Shown here piece by piece: positions 35,469-43,111 of a stretch of 43,714 nucleotides of DNA (within the stretch, counting starts at the first letter, position 1; the number at the start of each line of letters is the position of its first letter). The stretch comes from a virus (Duplodnaviria > Caudoviricetes): the IMG/VR virus record IMGVR_UViG_3300011443_000012, positions 1 through 43,714 of that record. One strand, given 5' to 3'. Under the pieces are notes generated by a model. The model had not been told where the DNA came from and did no database searches. It saw nothing but the letters and a program-made list of their open reading frames with translations. A program made the translations under genes and the position numbers.

Positions 35469-35714
35469 GACTGCCAGTCAGGACTGCCAGCCAAACACGT
35501 GGCGCGTTGCGGAAACGTGCGGTTTTCTTCGGAAATGTGCGGTCGGAGCATCGCGCGCACGTGATGCGCAGCAATCGCCGAAGTCGATAATTTCGGCCTG
35601 TTTTTGTTGGTTGCGGGGGGGGGATTTGAACCCCCGACCTTTGGGTTATGAGCCTGAGTCATCCAGCTTTCCTGGCCTTTTTTAGCGACTTCCAGCCAAG
35701 CCTGCCAGTCAAAC
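35469..35714. other. attP: attP region: core plus arm-type and accessory repeats
   Basis: tRNA-identical core flanked by paired GACTGCCAG(T/C)CA-like repeats at 35469-35493 and 35687-35711; adjacent to the integrase. Confidence 0.85.
35608..35654 (-). tRNA. 3' fragment of tRNA-Met(CAT), initiator-like (attP core, not a full gene)
   Basis: Minus strand reads GGCTCATAACCCAAAGGTCGGGGGTTCAAATCCCCCCCCCGCAACCA: anticodon loop, T arm and CCA; the 5' half is absent. Confidence 0.9.
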
Positions 35715-36723
35715 GCTCGCTCGTGGCCTTTAGGCGCGAGCGCAGCACGCCCGTATAGATGCGCGTCGTCTTGATGTCCGTGTGTCCGAGGAAGTCACGC
35801 AGGTCTTCCCATTGGGCGCCGGCCTCGCCGAGCGTGATGGCGACGCTGTGGCGCGCGTTGTAGGGCCGCACGGCGTTCCGTCGGCGTCGGCCGCCGGCGA
35901 TCCATTGCTGCGGCCAGCCCGCGGCGTACAGCGCTTTGTCGTACATGCTGACGTCGAACTTGCCCCACAGCTCGAGGTCGACGAAGCGCGTCCACGCCGC
36001 CTTCATGTCGTCGGTCAGATAGAGCGGCGTCGGGTGGCCGCCCTTCCCTGTTCGCACGATCCAGAGCCGACGCCGGAGGTCGACGTCGGTCGGTTGCGCA
36101 CGCATCAGCTCTGAGGGTCGGCGGCCAGTCGCCGTCAGCACCATGAACCGGGCGAGCACCTTCGCATCCGTGAGGGCGCGCGCGACCTTCTGAATCGTGG
36201 CGACCGGAATCAACCGCGGCTCGGCCGCCGGCGACGCGAGCTGCTTGATGCCGTCGCAGGGCGTCACGGCGTCCTTCCCGTCGAGCAGGTGATAGAGATG
36301 GCGCAACGCGCGTACACGATGATTGATGGTCTTCGGCGCGTATTTCGCCGCGAGCCATGTCTGGCGCGCCCGCAGAATGTCATCGGGAGTCAGATCCGCG
36401 CGGTTCGCCTTCGGGAAGAGTTTAGTCCAGGCCTCGATCTCGCAGCAGCGACTCTTCCAGCTCGCCAAGTGCTTCACGAGCTTCAGATATTTCCTCGCGT
36501 CGATCGTGAAGCGGCCGCGCGTCGGGCGGGCGTCCTTCGCCAGCAGCTTCTGCCGTTCCTCGCCCCGCGCGCGTTGAATCTTCTTCAGCTCGGTGCCGAA
36601 TGGGAAGCGGAGCTCCTTCTGCGGATGCGGACGCACGCGCACGATCGCCGAGATGCCGTACCGATCCCGGTACACGCCCTTCGCGATCCGTTTCCGTGCG
36701 CCGCGGTTCCCCTTCTTCGCCAT
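35659..36723 (-). CDS. int: Tyrosine integrase
   Basis: TGRRPSEL (R), GKGG (K), YNARHS and LGHTDIKTTRIY (H, Y) motifs. Confidence 0.95.
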   Translation of the reverse strand: MAKKGNRGARKRIAKGVYRDRYGISAIVRVRPHPQKELRFPFGTELKKIQRARGEERQKLLAKDARPTRGRFTIDARKYLKLVKHLASWKSRCCEIEAWTKLFPKANRADLTPDDILRARQTWLAAKYAPKTINHRVRALRHLYHLLDGKDAVTPCDGIKQLASPAAEPRLIPVATIQKVARALTDAKVLARFMVLTATGRRPSELMRAQPTDVDLRRRLWIVRTGKGGHPTPLYLTDDMKAAWTRFVDLELWGKFDVSMYDKALYAAGWPQQWIAGGRRRRNAVRPYNARHSVAITLGEAGAQWEDLRDFLGHTDIKTTRIYTGVLRSRLKATSERLTGRLGWKSLKKARKAG

Positions 36724-36822
36724 GCGTCAGTTCAATCCTGATCCCTGGACCTCGGCCGATGACGAGCTGGGGAGCCGCCGGCGGTGTCTTCGTTGGAAAC
36801 GGGAGCACGCGCGTCATGCGAT

Positions 36823-37101
36823 TTAGAGCTGCGGACCAGCGGCATCGCGGTCCGCGGCCATCTTTGCGAGTCGTGTCGGTGCTTCTGGACTCGTCGCTGC
36901 GACCTGTTTGTGTGTCGGCACGTTTCCGAATTCCTGGCACGCGCGCGCGAAAATGTACGGGAGGATGGCGCTGGCCGCGGCTAGGGCCATACCAGCGGCC
37001 TGCTGCGGCGCGCTGGTTGCCAGGGTGATCGTTTCCAGGTAGTTCCACCCTCCCACGACCGCCCCCACTATTGTCAGGAACCAGAGCAACTTCATCGTCA
37101 A
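36823..37101 (-). CDS. Small two-TM membrane protein in the immunity operon
   Basis: Two hydrophobic helices, SAPQQAA...ILPYIFARA; lies between repressor and integrase. Confidence 0.7.
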   Translation of the reverse strand: MTMKLLWFLTIVGAVVGGWNYLETITLATSAPQQAAGMALAAASAILPYIFARACQEFGNVPTHKQVAATSPEAPTRLAKMAADRDAAGPQL

Positions 37102-37125
37102 TTCCCCTTTCGTCTGCTCAAGGCC

Positions 37126-37506
37126 CTATCCCCTCTTTCGCTTCGACGGCCGCCCGGACGAGACCTCATCTAAGAACGTGCGTAGTGCCGCGACTCCCTT
37201 TTCTGACAGGTCCGGCCACCATTGCGTGATCGATTTTTGAGCATCCAGACTCTCGCCGGACTTACGACCATAGGCGCGCTCTAACAAATCTGCCTCTTCA
37301 TCTTTCCCAGCCACACGGAGAACCTGGCTGGGCGGCAGACCAGCAATCAAGGCTAAACGCAGGAGATTCGCGAAGCCGAGCGACTCCTTCGGGTCCTTCA
37401 TGATTTTGATGAGGCGTTCGAGCGAAATGCCGAGTTCTTGGGCTAATGCGGTTTTTGTACCGTAGGTCTGTAGGAGAGATTGCAGCAACTTCTGTAGGTC
37501 CGTCAC
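37126..37506 (-). CDS. CI-like HTH repressor lacking a peptidase domain
   Basis: TKTALAQELGISLERLIKI HTH; divergent from the Cro-like gene; GTG 37506 is the preferred start. Confidence 0.75.
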   Translation of the reverse strand: MTDLQKLLQSLLQTYGTKTALAQELGISLERLIKIMKDPKESLGFANLLRLALIAGLPPSQVLRVAGKDEEADLLERAYGRKSGESLDAQKSITQWWPDLSEKGVAALRTFLDEVSSGRPSKRKRG

Positions 37507-37566
37507 GCCGGACAACGGTAGCCCGAGGGCTGAACCTGCCGCTAGTTCTGATTGTTTCTTTTGTTC

Positions 37567-37595
37567 TTGACACGTTGTTAGGTTCACCTTATATT
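37567..37595 (+). promoter_or_regulatory. Sigma70-type early lytic promoter
   Basis: TTGACA (37567-37572), 17 bp spacer, TATATT (37590-37595), upstream of ATG 37617. Confidence 0.85.
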
Positions 37596-37613
37596 GACCC
37601 TGCGTTAGGGTCA
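37568..37613. promoter_or_regulatory. Putative repressor operators (19 bp, TGACCCT-N5-AGGGTCA type)
   Basis: Perfect inverted repeat at 37595-37613; degenerate copy at 37568-37586 overlapping the -35. Confidence 0.7.
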
Positions 37614-37616
37614 GAC

Positions 37617-37847
37617 ATGCACAGAGAGCTGATTGAACTCGGGCGGTACCGGCTAGATCGCGGGCTGACGTACCGGCGGTTGGCCGACGCCATCAACCGC
37701 GCCGCGAAGGCGCGGCGGAGCGCATTCACGATCTCGCACAGCCGACTCTACACGCTCCTGAACCATCCGAAGGATTCCGCGAACAGCCTCACGCTTCATG
37801 CCGTGCGGGAATTTCTCGGCAGCATCGCGGAGAAAAAAACGGCATGA
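37617..37847 (+). CDS. Cro-like HTH regulator
   Basis: RLDRGLTYRRLADAI...ISHSRLYTLL; first gene after the lytic promoter. Confidence 0.75.
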   Translation: MHRELIELGRYRLDRGLTYRRLADAINRAAKARRSAFTISHSRLYTLLNHPKDSANSLTLHAVREFLGSIAEKKTA

Positions 37848-38065
37848 CGCGCCTCGACGAGTGCGGTGACGTGCTCACCATCGACGAGCTCGCGGCCGTC
37901 CTGCAGCGCTCCGTCCGCTGGATCGAGCAGCGCCTGGCGAACGGCACCTTCCCCATTCCCCGTCTGGCCAGCCTCGGCGGCCGGCGCTGGGCCCGCGCCG
38001 ACGTCCGTCGGTTTCTCGAACACGACGCCACCTCGTCGCTGCCTGCACGAAGGAGAGTGTCATGA
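37844..38065 (+). CDS. Excisionase/AlpA-like HTH protein
   Basis: VLTIDELAAVLQRSVRWI....GTFPIP......RRWARADV. Confidence 0.8.
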   Translation: MTRLDECGDVLTIDELAAVLQRSVRWIEQRLANGTFPIPRLASLGGRRWARADVRRFLEHDATSSLPARRRVS

Positions 38066-38460
38066 GGGCAGATGCCACAAAAGGCAATCTTGCTGTCCGG
38101 CACGCCGAAGCCTCGGACAACTCACTTGTCCGACTGCGCGAGTGCTTCGGCCGCGCGCTCGACGATGCGAAGCCGCTCGGCTGGTGTCATGAGGCGATCG
38201 CCGCCGAGATGCGGCTCAAGGGCTGCGCGGTCGACCCGCCCTATCTGTCGAAGCTGAAGTCTGGTGAGAAGCCGATCACGGGCCGCATTCTCGATGCGCT
38301 GCCCGATGAGGTCGAAGCGATCTTCTCGCGCCACTACGCCGAGTCGTTCGGGCAGATCGTCATCACGCCCGTGCCTGAACAGGACGCGCAGCGGCACCTG
38401 GCGATCGGCCTCGTGTCGCTCCTCTCCACCGCCAAGCTGTCTATCAGGAGGTCCGAGTGA
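38062..38460 (+). CDS. CII-like HTH regulator
   Basis: HEAIAAEM...DPPYLSKLKSGEK; position in the early operon. Confidence 0.55.
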   Translation: MRADATKGNLAVRHAEASDNSLVRLRECFGRALDDAKPLGWCHEAIAAEMRLKGCAVDPPYLSKLKSGEKPITGRILDALPDEVEAIFSRHYAESFGQIVITPVPEQDAQRHLAIGLVSLLSTAKLSIRRSE

Positions 38461-38682
38461 ATGGAGTCCAAGGCCTCGCTGCGTTCGCAAGCCGAGTGCG
38501 TGCTGCGCTTCGGGGGCCACATGGTCTACGTGGAGCTGACGCGGCACGGGGCGTTCGAGCGGTGTCTGCGCTGCGGCCGCCTGTTCGGCCACGGCTGGTC
38601 GTGGGACATCAAATCGCCGTGGCAGCCGCGGAAACCGAACATCCGGCGGTTCGTGCGCGCCGGCTCGGCGTCGACGAGCTGA
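38461..38682 (+). CDS. Small hypothetical protein
   Basis: C....GH...CLRCG motif; AGGAGG upstream. Confidence 0.55.
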   Translation: MESKASLRSQAECVLRFGGHMVYVELTRHGAFERCLRCGRLFGHGWSWDIKSPWQPRKPNIRRFVRAGSASTS

Positions 38683-38735
38683 TTGTCGATTCGGAGTACT
38701 CGGGCTTCACGCGACGCTGGAAGGCCTAACAACAC

Positions 38736-38765
38736 GAAAGCCGGCTGCGGAAACAGCCGGCCTTC
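38736..38765 (+). promoter_or_regulatory. Intergenic stem-loop in the early operon
   Basis: GAAAGCCGGCTG-cggaaa-CAGCCGGCCTTC; no U-tract. Confidence 0.45.
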
Positions 38766-38785
38766 GCAATTCCTCGGGAGTGCTT

Positions 38786-38956
38786 ATGTCGAACAGAGTG
38801 TCAATCCACCGTTGGAAATTGTCAAGGCTGACGCGCGACGACGTGTGGCCGTTCTCGCGCCAGGAGTCCGTCATCCTCGGCCTCGCCGCCGCGCTCTGGG
38901 TGGGTGTGGCCCTCGGTGCGATGGGACAGATTGCGATCGCGGGAGGTTGCCGATGA
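38786..38956 (+). CDS. 56-aa single-TM membrane protein (absent from the ORF track)
   Basis: GGGAG RBS; MSNRVSIHRW...VILGLAAALWVGVALGAM...; ATGA overlap with the next gene. Confidence 0.6.
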   Translation: MSNRVSIHRWKLSRLTRDDVWPFSRQESVILGLAAALWVGVALGAMGQIAIAGGCR

Positions 38957-39855
38957 CGACCCCAAATCCCTCTGAGGCACTCGTGGTGCAGTCGCCTGAC
39001 ACGGCGGCGTTATCACCGATGGTGGACTCGCCGATGCCGGTCTTCACCGGCGAGCAGATGGCGCGCGCGCTCACGGCCTATCGCGATCTGCAGAACGCGC
39101 TCGACCGCTCGATGCCCGAGCAAATCATGCAGCTCGACGGCAAGCCGTTTCGCAAGAAGGGCTACTGGCGCGCGATCGCCGTCGCCTTCAACCTGACGGT
39201 CGAGCCCGTCGAGGAACGCCGCGAGGTCAACGGCCAGTTCCATGATGGCCGCGACAACTTCGGGTACATCGTCAGCTACAAAGCGACGGCGCCGAACGGC
39301 CGGTCGATCGTCAGTGACGGATCGTGCTTTGCCGTCGAGAAGGGCCGCCGGTTCAAGTGTCCACACCTGAAGCCCGGCAGCGACCGCTACACCGTGCACT
39401 TCCCGCATCACACGTGCCCGGACTTCGATCCGGAGTATCAGTGGCGCGTGCTGCCCGGTGAAGCCACCGAGCACAACGTGCGCGGTCATGCGCACACGCG
39501 CGCGTTCAATCGCGCCGTGTCGAACCTGGTCGGGTTCGGCGAGGTCTCGGCCGAAGAAGTGACGCGCGAGGACCTCGAACACCAGGCGCCCGCCGCGGCG
39601 CAGGCGCCACAGCGCCGAAGCGGGGCGCCGCTCCCGCTTCAACAGACCACGACCGGCACGACGAACGGGGCGGGACGGAAGATTTCCGAGGCCCAAGCGA
39701 AGCGCTTCTTCGCGATTGCGAAGGGCGCCGGCTGGTCGGATGACGAGCTGCGCGCCCTGCTGAAGACGCGCTATTCCGTGGACCACTCGCGCGACCTGCT
39801 GGTGACGGACTACGAGGCGGCGATCACGGCCGTGCAGGAAGGGTCTGGGTCATGA
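38953..39855 (+). CDS. Putative single-strand annealing recombinase (RecT/Sak-like)
   Basis: GKPFRKKGYW..IA..FNL, ATAPNGR...GSC, AHTRAFNRAVSNLVG.GEVSAEE; paired with an exonuclease. Confidence 0.65.
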   Translation: MTTPNPSEALVVQSPDTAALSPMVDSPMPVFTGEQMARALTAYRDLQNALDRSMPEQIMQLDGKPFRKKGYWRAIAVAFNLTVEPVEERREVNGQFHDGRDNFGYIVSYKATAPNGRSIVSDGSCFAVEKGRRFKCPHLKPGSDRYTVHFPHHTCPDFDPEYQWRVLPGEATEHNVRGHAHTRAFNRAVSNLVGFGEVSAEEVTREDLEHQAPAAAQAPQRRSGAPLPLQQTTTGTTNGAGRKISEAQAKRFFAIAKGAGWSDDELRALLKTRYSVDHSRDLLVTDYEAAITAVQEGSGS

Positions 39856-40559
39856 CGACATCCCTGCTCGCGCCGGTGAAGACGCCCTTTGACCCAGAAG
39901 GCCGTCTCCACTTCGACGAGATCACCCACCGCTACTGGCTCGATGAACGCGGCAACGAGGCGAAGGCGCTGTTGTCGGTCACGCACGTGCTCGAGGCCGG
40001 CCTGCAGGGCACGATGGGCGAAGAGTACTGGACGCAAGAGGCCCGCACGCGGGGCAAACACATCCACCAGGCGATTCTGTACCACGCCGAGGGCGACCTC
40101 GCCGCCGAGTCGGTGAGCGACCTCATCCGGCCGTACTTTCTCGGCTATCTGAAGTTCATCGAACACGAGCACCCCGAGACCATCTTCGTCGAGCAGCGCG
40201 TGTTCGACGAACCACTCGGCTACGCCGGTACGTTCGATCTGCTGGTGCAGCTGCGCGGCCCGAACGCGCATCGCGACGCCGTGCGCCCGGGTGTCGAGGT
40301 GCTCGACCTCATCGACGTCAAGACCGGCGGTCTGCCCTGGTGGGTGATGTATCAGTTAGCGGCCTACCGCCGTCGCATTCTCGTCGCGATGAAAAACGTC
40401 CTCGTGCGGTCGTGGGCCTTGCAGCTCACCGCGCGCGGCACGTATCGGCTGTGCCCCATGTTGAGTTTTCCTGGTGTGCGCTCAGCTGACTCTGAGCGTG
40501 ACTTTCTGTCCATCCTGCGCGTGGCGCAGCTGAAGAGGCTTCATGCGCGCCATGTGTGA
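39852..40559 (+). CDS. PD-(D/E)XK exonuclease (Cas4/RecB-like)
   Basis: SVTHVL, RGKHIH, VEQRV, YAGTFDL, IDVKTG, QLAAY. Confidence 0.88.
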   Translation: MTTSLLAPVKTPFDPEGRLHFDEITHRYWLDERGNEAKALLSVTHVLEAGLQGTMGEEYWTQEARTRGKHIHQAILYHAEGDLAAESVSDLIRPYFLGYLKFIEHEHPETIFVEQRVFDEPLGYAGTFDLLVQLRGPNAHRDAVRPGVEVLDLIDVKTGGLPWWVMYQLAAYRRRILVAMKNVLVRSWALQLTARGTYRLCPMLSFPGVRSADSERDFLSILRVAQLKRLHARHV

Positions 40560-40947
40560 ACGCACGTGCAAAGGGTGCGGCCGCACGTTCACCGTGCGTG
40601 AGGCCGAGGTGAAGCGCGGGAACGGCCGCTTTTGTTCAAAGCGGTGCAGGCTCACCGGTGAAGGAAACCCCTCGTGGAAGGGCGGCGTCAGTCACAGCAG
40701 CGACGGCTACGTCTCCATTCGCACGGAGCCAGGTCGGCACGTACGCGAGCACGTGGTCGTCGCGGAACGCGCGCTCGGCCATCGCCTTCCTCTCGGTGCT
40801 GAGGTTCATCACTTCAATGAAAACCGTTCCGACAACCGGAACCGGAATCTCGTGATCTGTCAGGACGTCGCGTATCACCGACTCCTGCACATGCTTCGGC
40901 GGCGTCAGCTCGCCGGCAAACCAATTTTTCAGGAGACGTCATGCTGA
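40543..40947 (+). CDS. HNH endonuclease with N-terminal Zn finger
   Basis: CKGCG...FCSKRC; NPSWKGG; EVHHFNENRSDNRNRNL; start may be 40552. Confidence 0.88.
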   Translation: MRAMCERTCKGCGRTFTVREAEVKRGNGRFCSKRCRLTGEGNPSWKGGVSHSSDGYVSIRTEPGRHVREHVVVAERALGHRLPLGAEVHHFNENRSDNRNRNLVICQDVAYHRLLHMLRRRQLAGKPIFQETSC

Positions 40948-41645
40948 ACGCCGCTGATCCCATGCAGATCGTGACCGAGCAAGCGCTGAGCTGGCCCGAG
41001 CAGGCCCAGCAGCTGCAGATCCTTGATGCGGGGACCTACACCCGCGCCGGCGAGATGCTGCGCAGCATCAAGGCGCTGCGCAAGGAAGTCGACGAGGCGT
41101 TCGACCCGATCATTCGAAAGGCCCACGACGCGCATCGCGAGGCCTGCGGGCAGAAGAAGCGGGCGGAGACGCCGCTGGCCGAAGCCGAGACCATCCTGAA
41201 ACGCGCGCTTGTCGCGTACGACACCGAGCAGGACCGTCTCCGTCGCGAAGAGGAAGCCCGTCTGCGCGAGATCGCCCGGCGCGAGGAAGAAGAACGCCGC
41301 GTCCAGGAAGCGGCCGCGCTCGAGACCGAAGCGGTCGAGACGAACAACCCAGAGCTGCTCTACGAAGCCAACGAGCTGATCGAGCGCCCGATTGAGGCGC
41401 CGATCGTCCAGCTGCCGAAAGCGACCCCCAAGGTCGAGGGCCTCAGCTTTCGCGAGAAGTGGGAAGCGGTCGTCACCGACAAGCTCGCGCTCATCCGCTA
41501 CGTTGCGGCGCATCCAGAGTTCCTGGCCCTGCTCGACGTCAACGCCACGAACCTGCGGAAGTTCGCCGAGATGCAGAAGGACAAGCTCGCGTTGCCCGGC
41601 GTGCGGCCGCGCATGGAGAAGATTGCCGCGAGCCGAGGCCGATAA
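40941..41645 (+). CDS. Coiled-coil phage protein of the recombination module
   Basis: E/R-rich coil; C-terminal KVEGLSFREKW...LPGVR. Confidence 0.75.
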   Translation: MLNAADPMQIVTEQALSWPEQAQQLQILDAGTYTRAGEMLRSIKALRKEVDEAFDPIIRKAHDAHREACGQKKRAETPLAEAETILKRALVAYDTEQDRLRREEEARLREIARREEEERRVQEAAALETEAVETNNPELLYEANELIERPIEAPIVQLPKATPKVEGLSFREKWEAVVTDKLALIRYVAAHPEFLALLDVNATNLRKFAEMQKDKLALPGVRPRMEKIAASRGR

Positions 41646-41854
41646 TGCAGCGCTTCGGTCGCACCTATCGCTCGGATCCTGACGCGCGCGCGCTGACGTT
41701 CACCGCCGTGCATCGCCAGGGCGAGCCGAAATTACAACCAAAGTCCATGCGGCGCTGGCGCTGTCCGAGCTGCGGGCTCGTATTTCGCTCAGACATCCGG
41801 CGCGGCGTGTGCCCGAAGCGCACCTGCACGGCGCGGCCGGTGGAAGTGTGGTGA
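41645..41854 (+). CDS. Small Zn-ribbon protein
   Basis: TAATG overlap; CPSCG...CPKRTC. Confidence 0.55.
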   Translation: MQRFGRTYRSDPDARALTFTAVHRQGEPKLQPKSMRRWRCPSCGLVFRSDIRRGVCPKRTCTARPVEVW

Positions 41855-42054
41855 GAGATCGACTCGATGGCGGGCCGGCGTTTCCGAACGACTTGGACGA
41901 AGGCCTGTCGCTCCGTGATTACTTCGCCGCGCAGGCGGTGCCCCAGCTCATTGACGAAGCGTTGCTCCACAGTCACGCAGATTGGTCTTGGGTCTCGAGG
42001 AAGGCCTACGACCTCGCCGACGCGATGCTCGCGGAACGGCAACGGTGCAAGTAG
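41851..42054 (+). CDS. Small phage protein of the GGPAFP...LRDYFA family
   Basis: DGGPAFP...GLSLRDYFAAQA...AYDLADAMLAER; GTGA overlap. Confidence 0.8.
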   Translation: MRDRLDGGPAFPNDLDEGLSLRDYFAAQAVPQLIDEALLHSHADWSWVSRKAYDLADAMLAERQRCK

Positions 42055-42066
42055 AGGAAGGAGCTT

Positions 42067-42960
42067 ATGACGAGCGTGCTCGATCTCGACCAGATTCACC
42101 TTGCAGCGGGCAGTCATGCGTCTCGGACCGAGGGCGTCTGTTTCATGGAAGCCGTCGCGTGGCTGGCCAACGAGCCGCACAGCGATCATCCCGCCTGCGT
42201 CTCCCCGGTGCTCGGCGCGTTCCTCCGTCGGTGGAACGACGACCTCGACCCCGAGGGTCGTCAACGGCTGAAGCCGTATCTGCGCCGCGTCATCGGTACC
42301 GCCGGCGATCCAGAGGCTGATGAACGCCGGGCGTGGTTGGCGACCGACTGGCTGGTGCGCGTGCACACGCCGGCCTGGCTCGAGCTCGCCGGTCTGACCG
42401 AGCAGGCCATCGCGTTACGCGCGTTGCCGCCGATCTTGTCGTCGACGTCTGCGACCGCGGCGCAGCCGACGATCGAGGCCGCGCGCACGAGCGCTGCCTG
42501 GGCCGCTGCCAGGGACGCTGCCTGGGACGCTGCCTGGGACGCTGCCTGGGACGCTGCCTGGGCCGCTGCCTGGGACGCTGCCAGGGACGCTGCCAGGGAC
42601 GCTGCCTGGGCCGCTGCCTGGGCCGCTGCCAGGGCCGCTGCCTGGGCCGCTGCCTGGGACGCTGCCTGGGACGCTGCCAGGGCCGCTGCCAGGGACGCTG
42701 CCAGGGCCGCTGCCAGGGCCGCTGCCTGGGCCGCTGCCAGGGCCGCTGCCTGGGACGCTGCCTGGGCCGCTGCCTGGGACGCTGCCTGGGCCGCTGCCTG
42801 GGACGCTGCCTGGGCCGCGACGACGCGTCGGCTGACGCCGACGCGTGTCTCGTTACAAGAGTCCGCGTTTCAATTGCTCGACCAGATGATCGCGTGCTCC
42901 AGTCCTGCGACGGTTGCCTCGCCGCAGGCCGATGGGCATCCCGGGAACGACGCAGCGTAG
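42067..42960 (+). CDS. AA(W/R)(D/A)-repeat protein with a globular N-terminal domain
   Basis: GSH...EGVCFMEAVAW..EPHSDHPACVSP...WND; 27 tetrapeptide repeats. Confidence 0.85.
   Translation: MTSVLDLDQIHLAAGSHASRTEGVCFMEAVAWLANEPHSDHPACVSPVLGAFLRRWNDDLDPEGRQRLKPYLRRVIGTAGDPEADERRAWLATDWLVRVHTPAWLELAGLTEQAIALRALPPILSSTSATAAQPTIEAARTSAAWAAARDAAWDAAWDAAWDAAWAAAWDAARDAARDAAWAAAWAAARAAAWAAAWDAAWDAARAAARDAARAAARAAAWAAARAAAWDAAWAAAWDAAWAAAWDAAWAATTRRLTPTRVSLQESAFQLLDQMIACSSPATVASPQADGHPGNDAA
42493..42816 (+). repeat. 27 x 12-bp tandem repeat GCTGCC(T/A)GGG(A/C)C
   Basis: Read directly; 324 bp with only two variable positions per unit. Confidence 0.95.
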
Positions 42961-43111
42961 CGCACTTTCGACCCCTCAGGCTCGGTGGATGGCGATTCCC
43001 CATCGTCGTCACAAGGACACCGTGTCCGAGTGGACATCCAGATGGACTCCGCGTGGACGTCCACCTGATCGGCGGCGGGACGACTCGGCTTCACGGAGAC
43101 ATCAACCGCGC

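Noticed and set aside
35608-35654. Functional phage-encoded tRNA
   Set aside because: The 5' acceptor strand and D arm are missing (the integrase stop lies there); it is the attP core.
39852-40559. Cas4 as part of a CRISPR system
   Set aside because: No array or other cas genes; pairing with an annealase indicates a recombination exonuclease.
42493-42816. CRISPR array or DGR template/variable repeat
   Set aside because: Units are contiguous 12-mers without spacers and lie in frame in a gene; no cas or reverse transcriptase gene is present.
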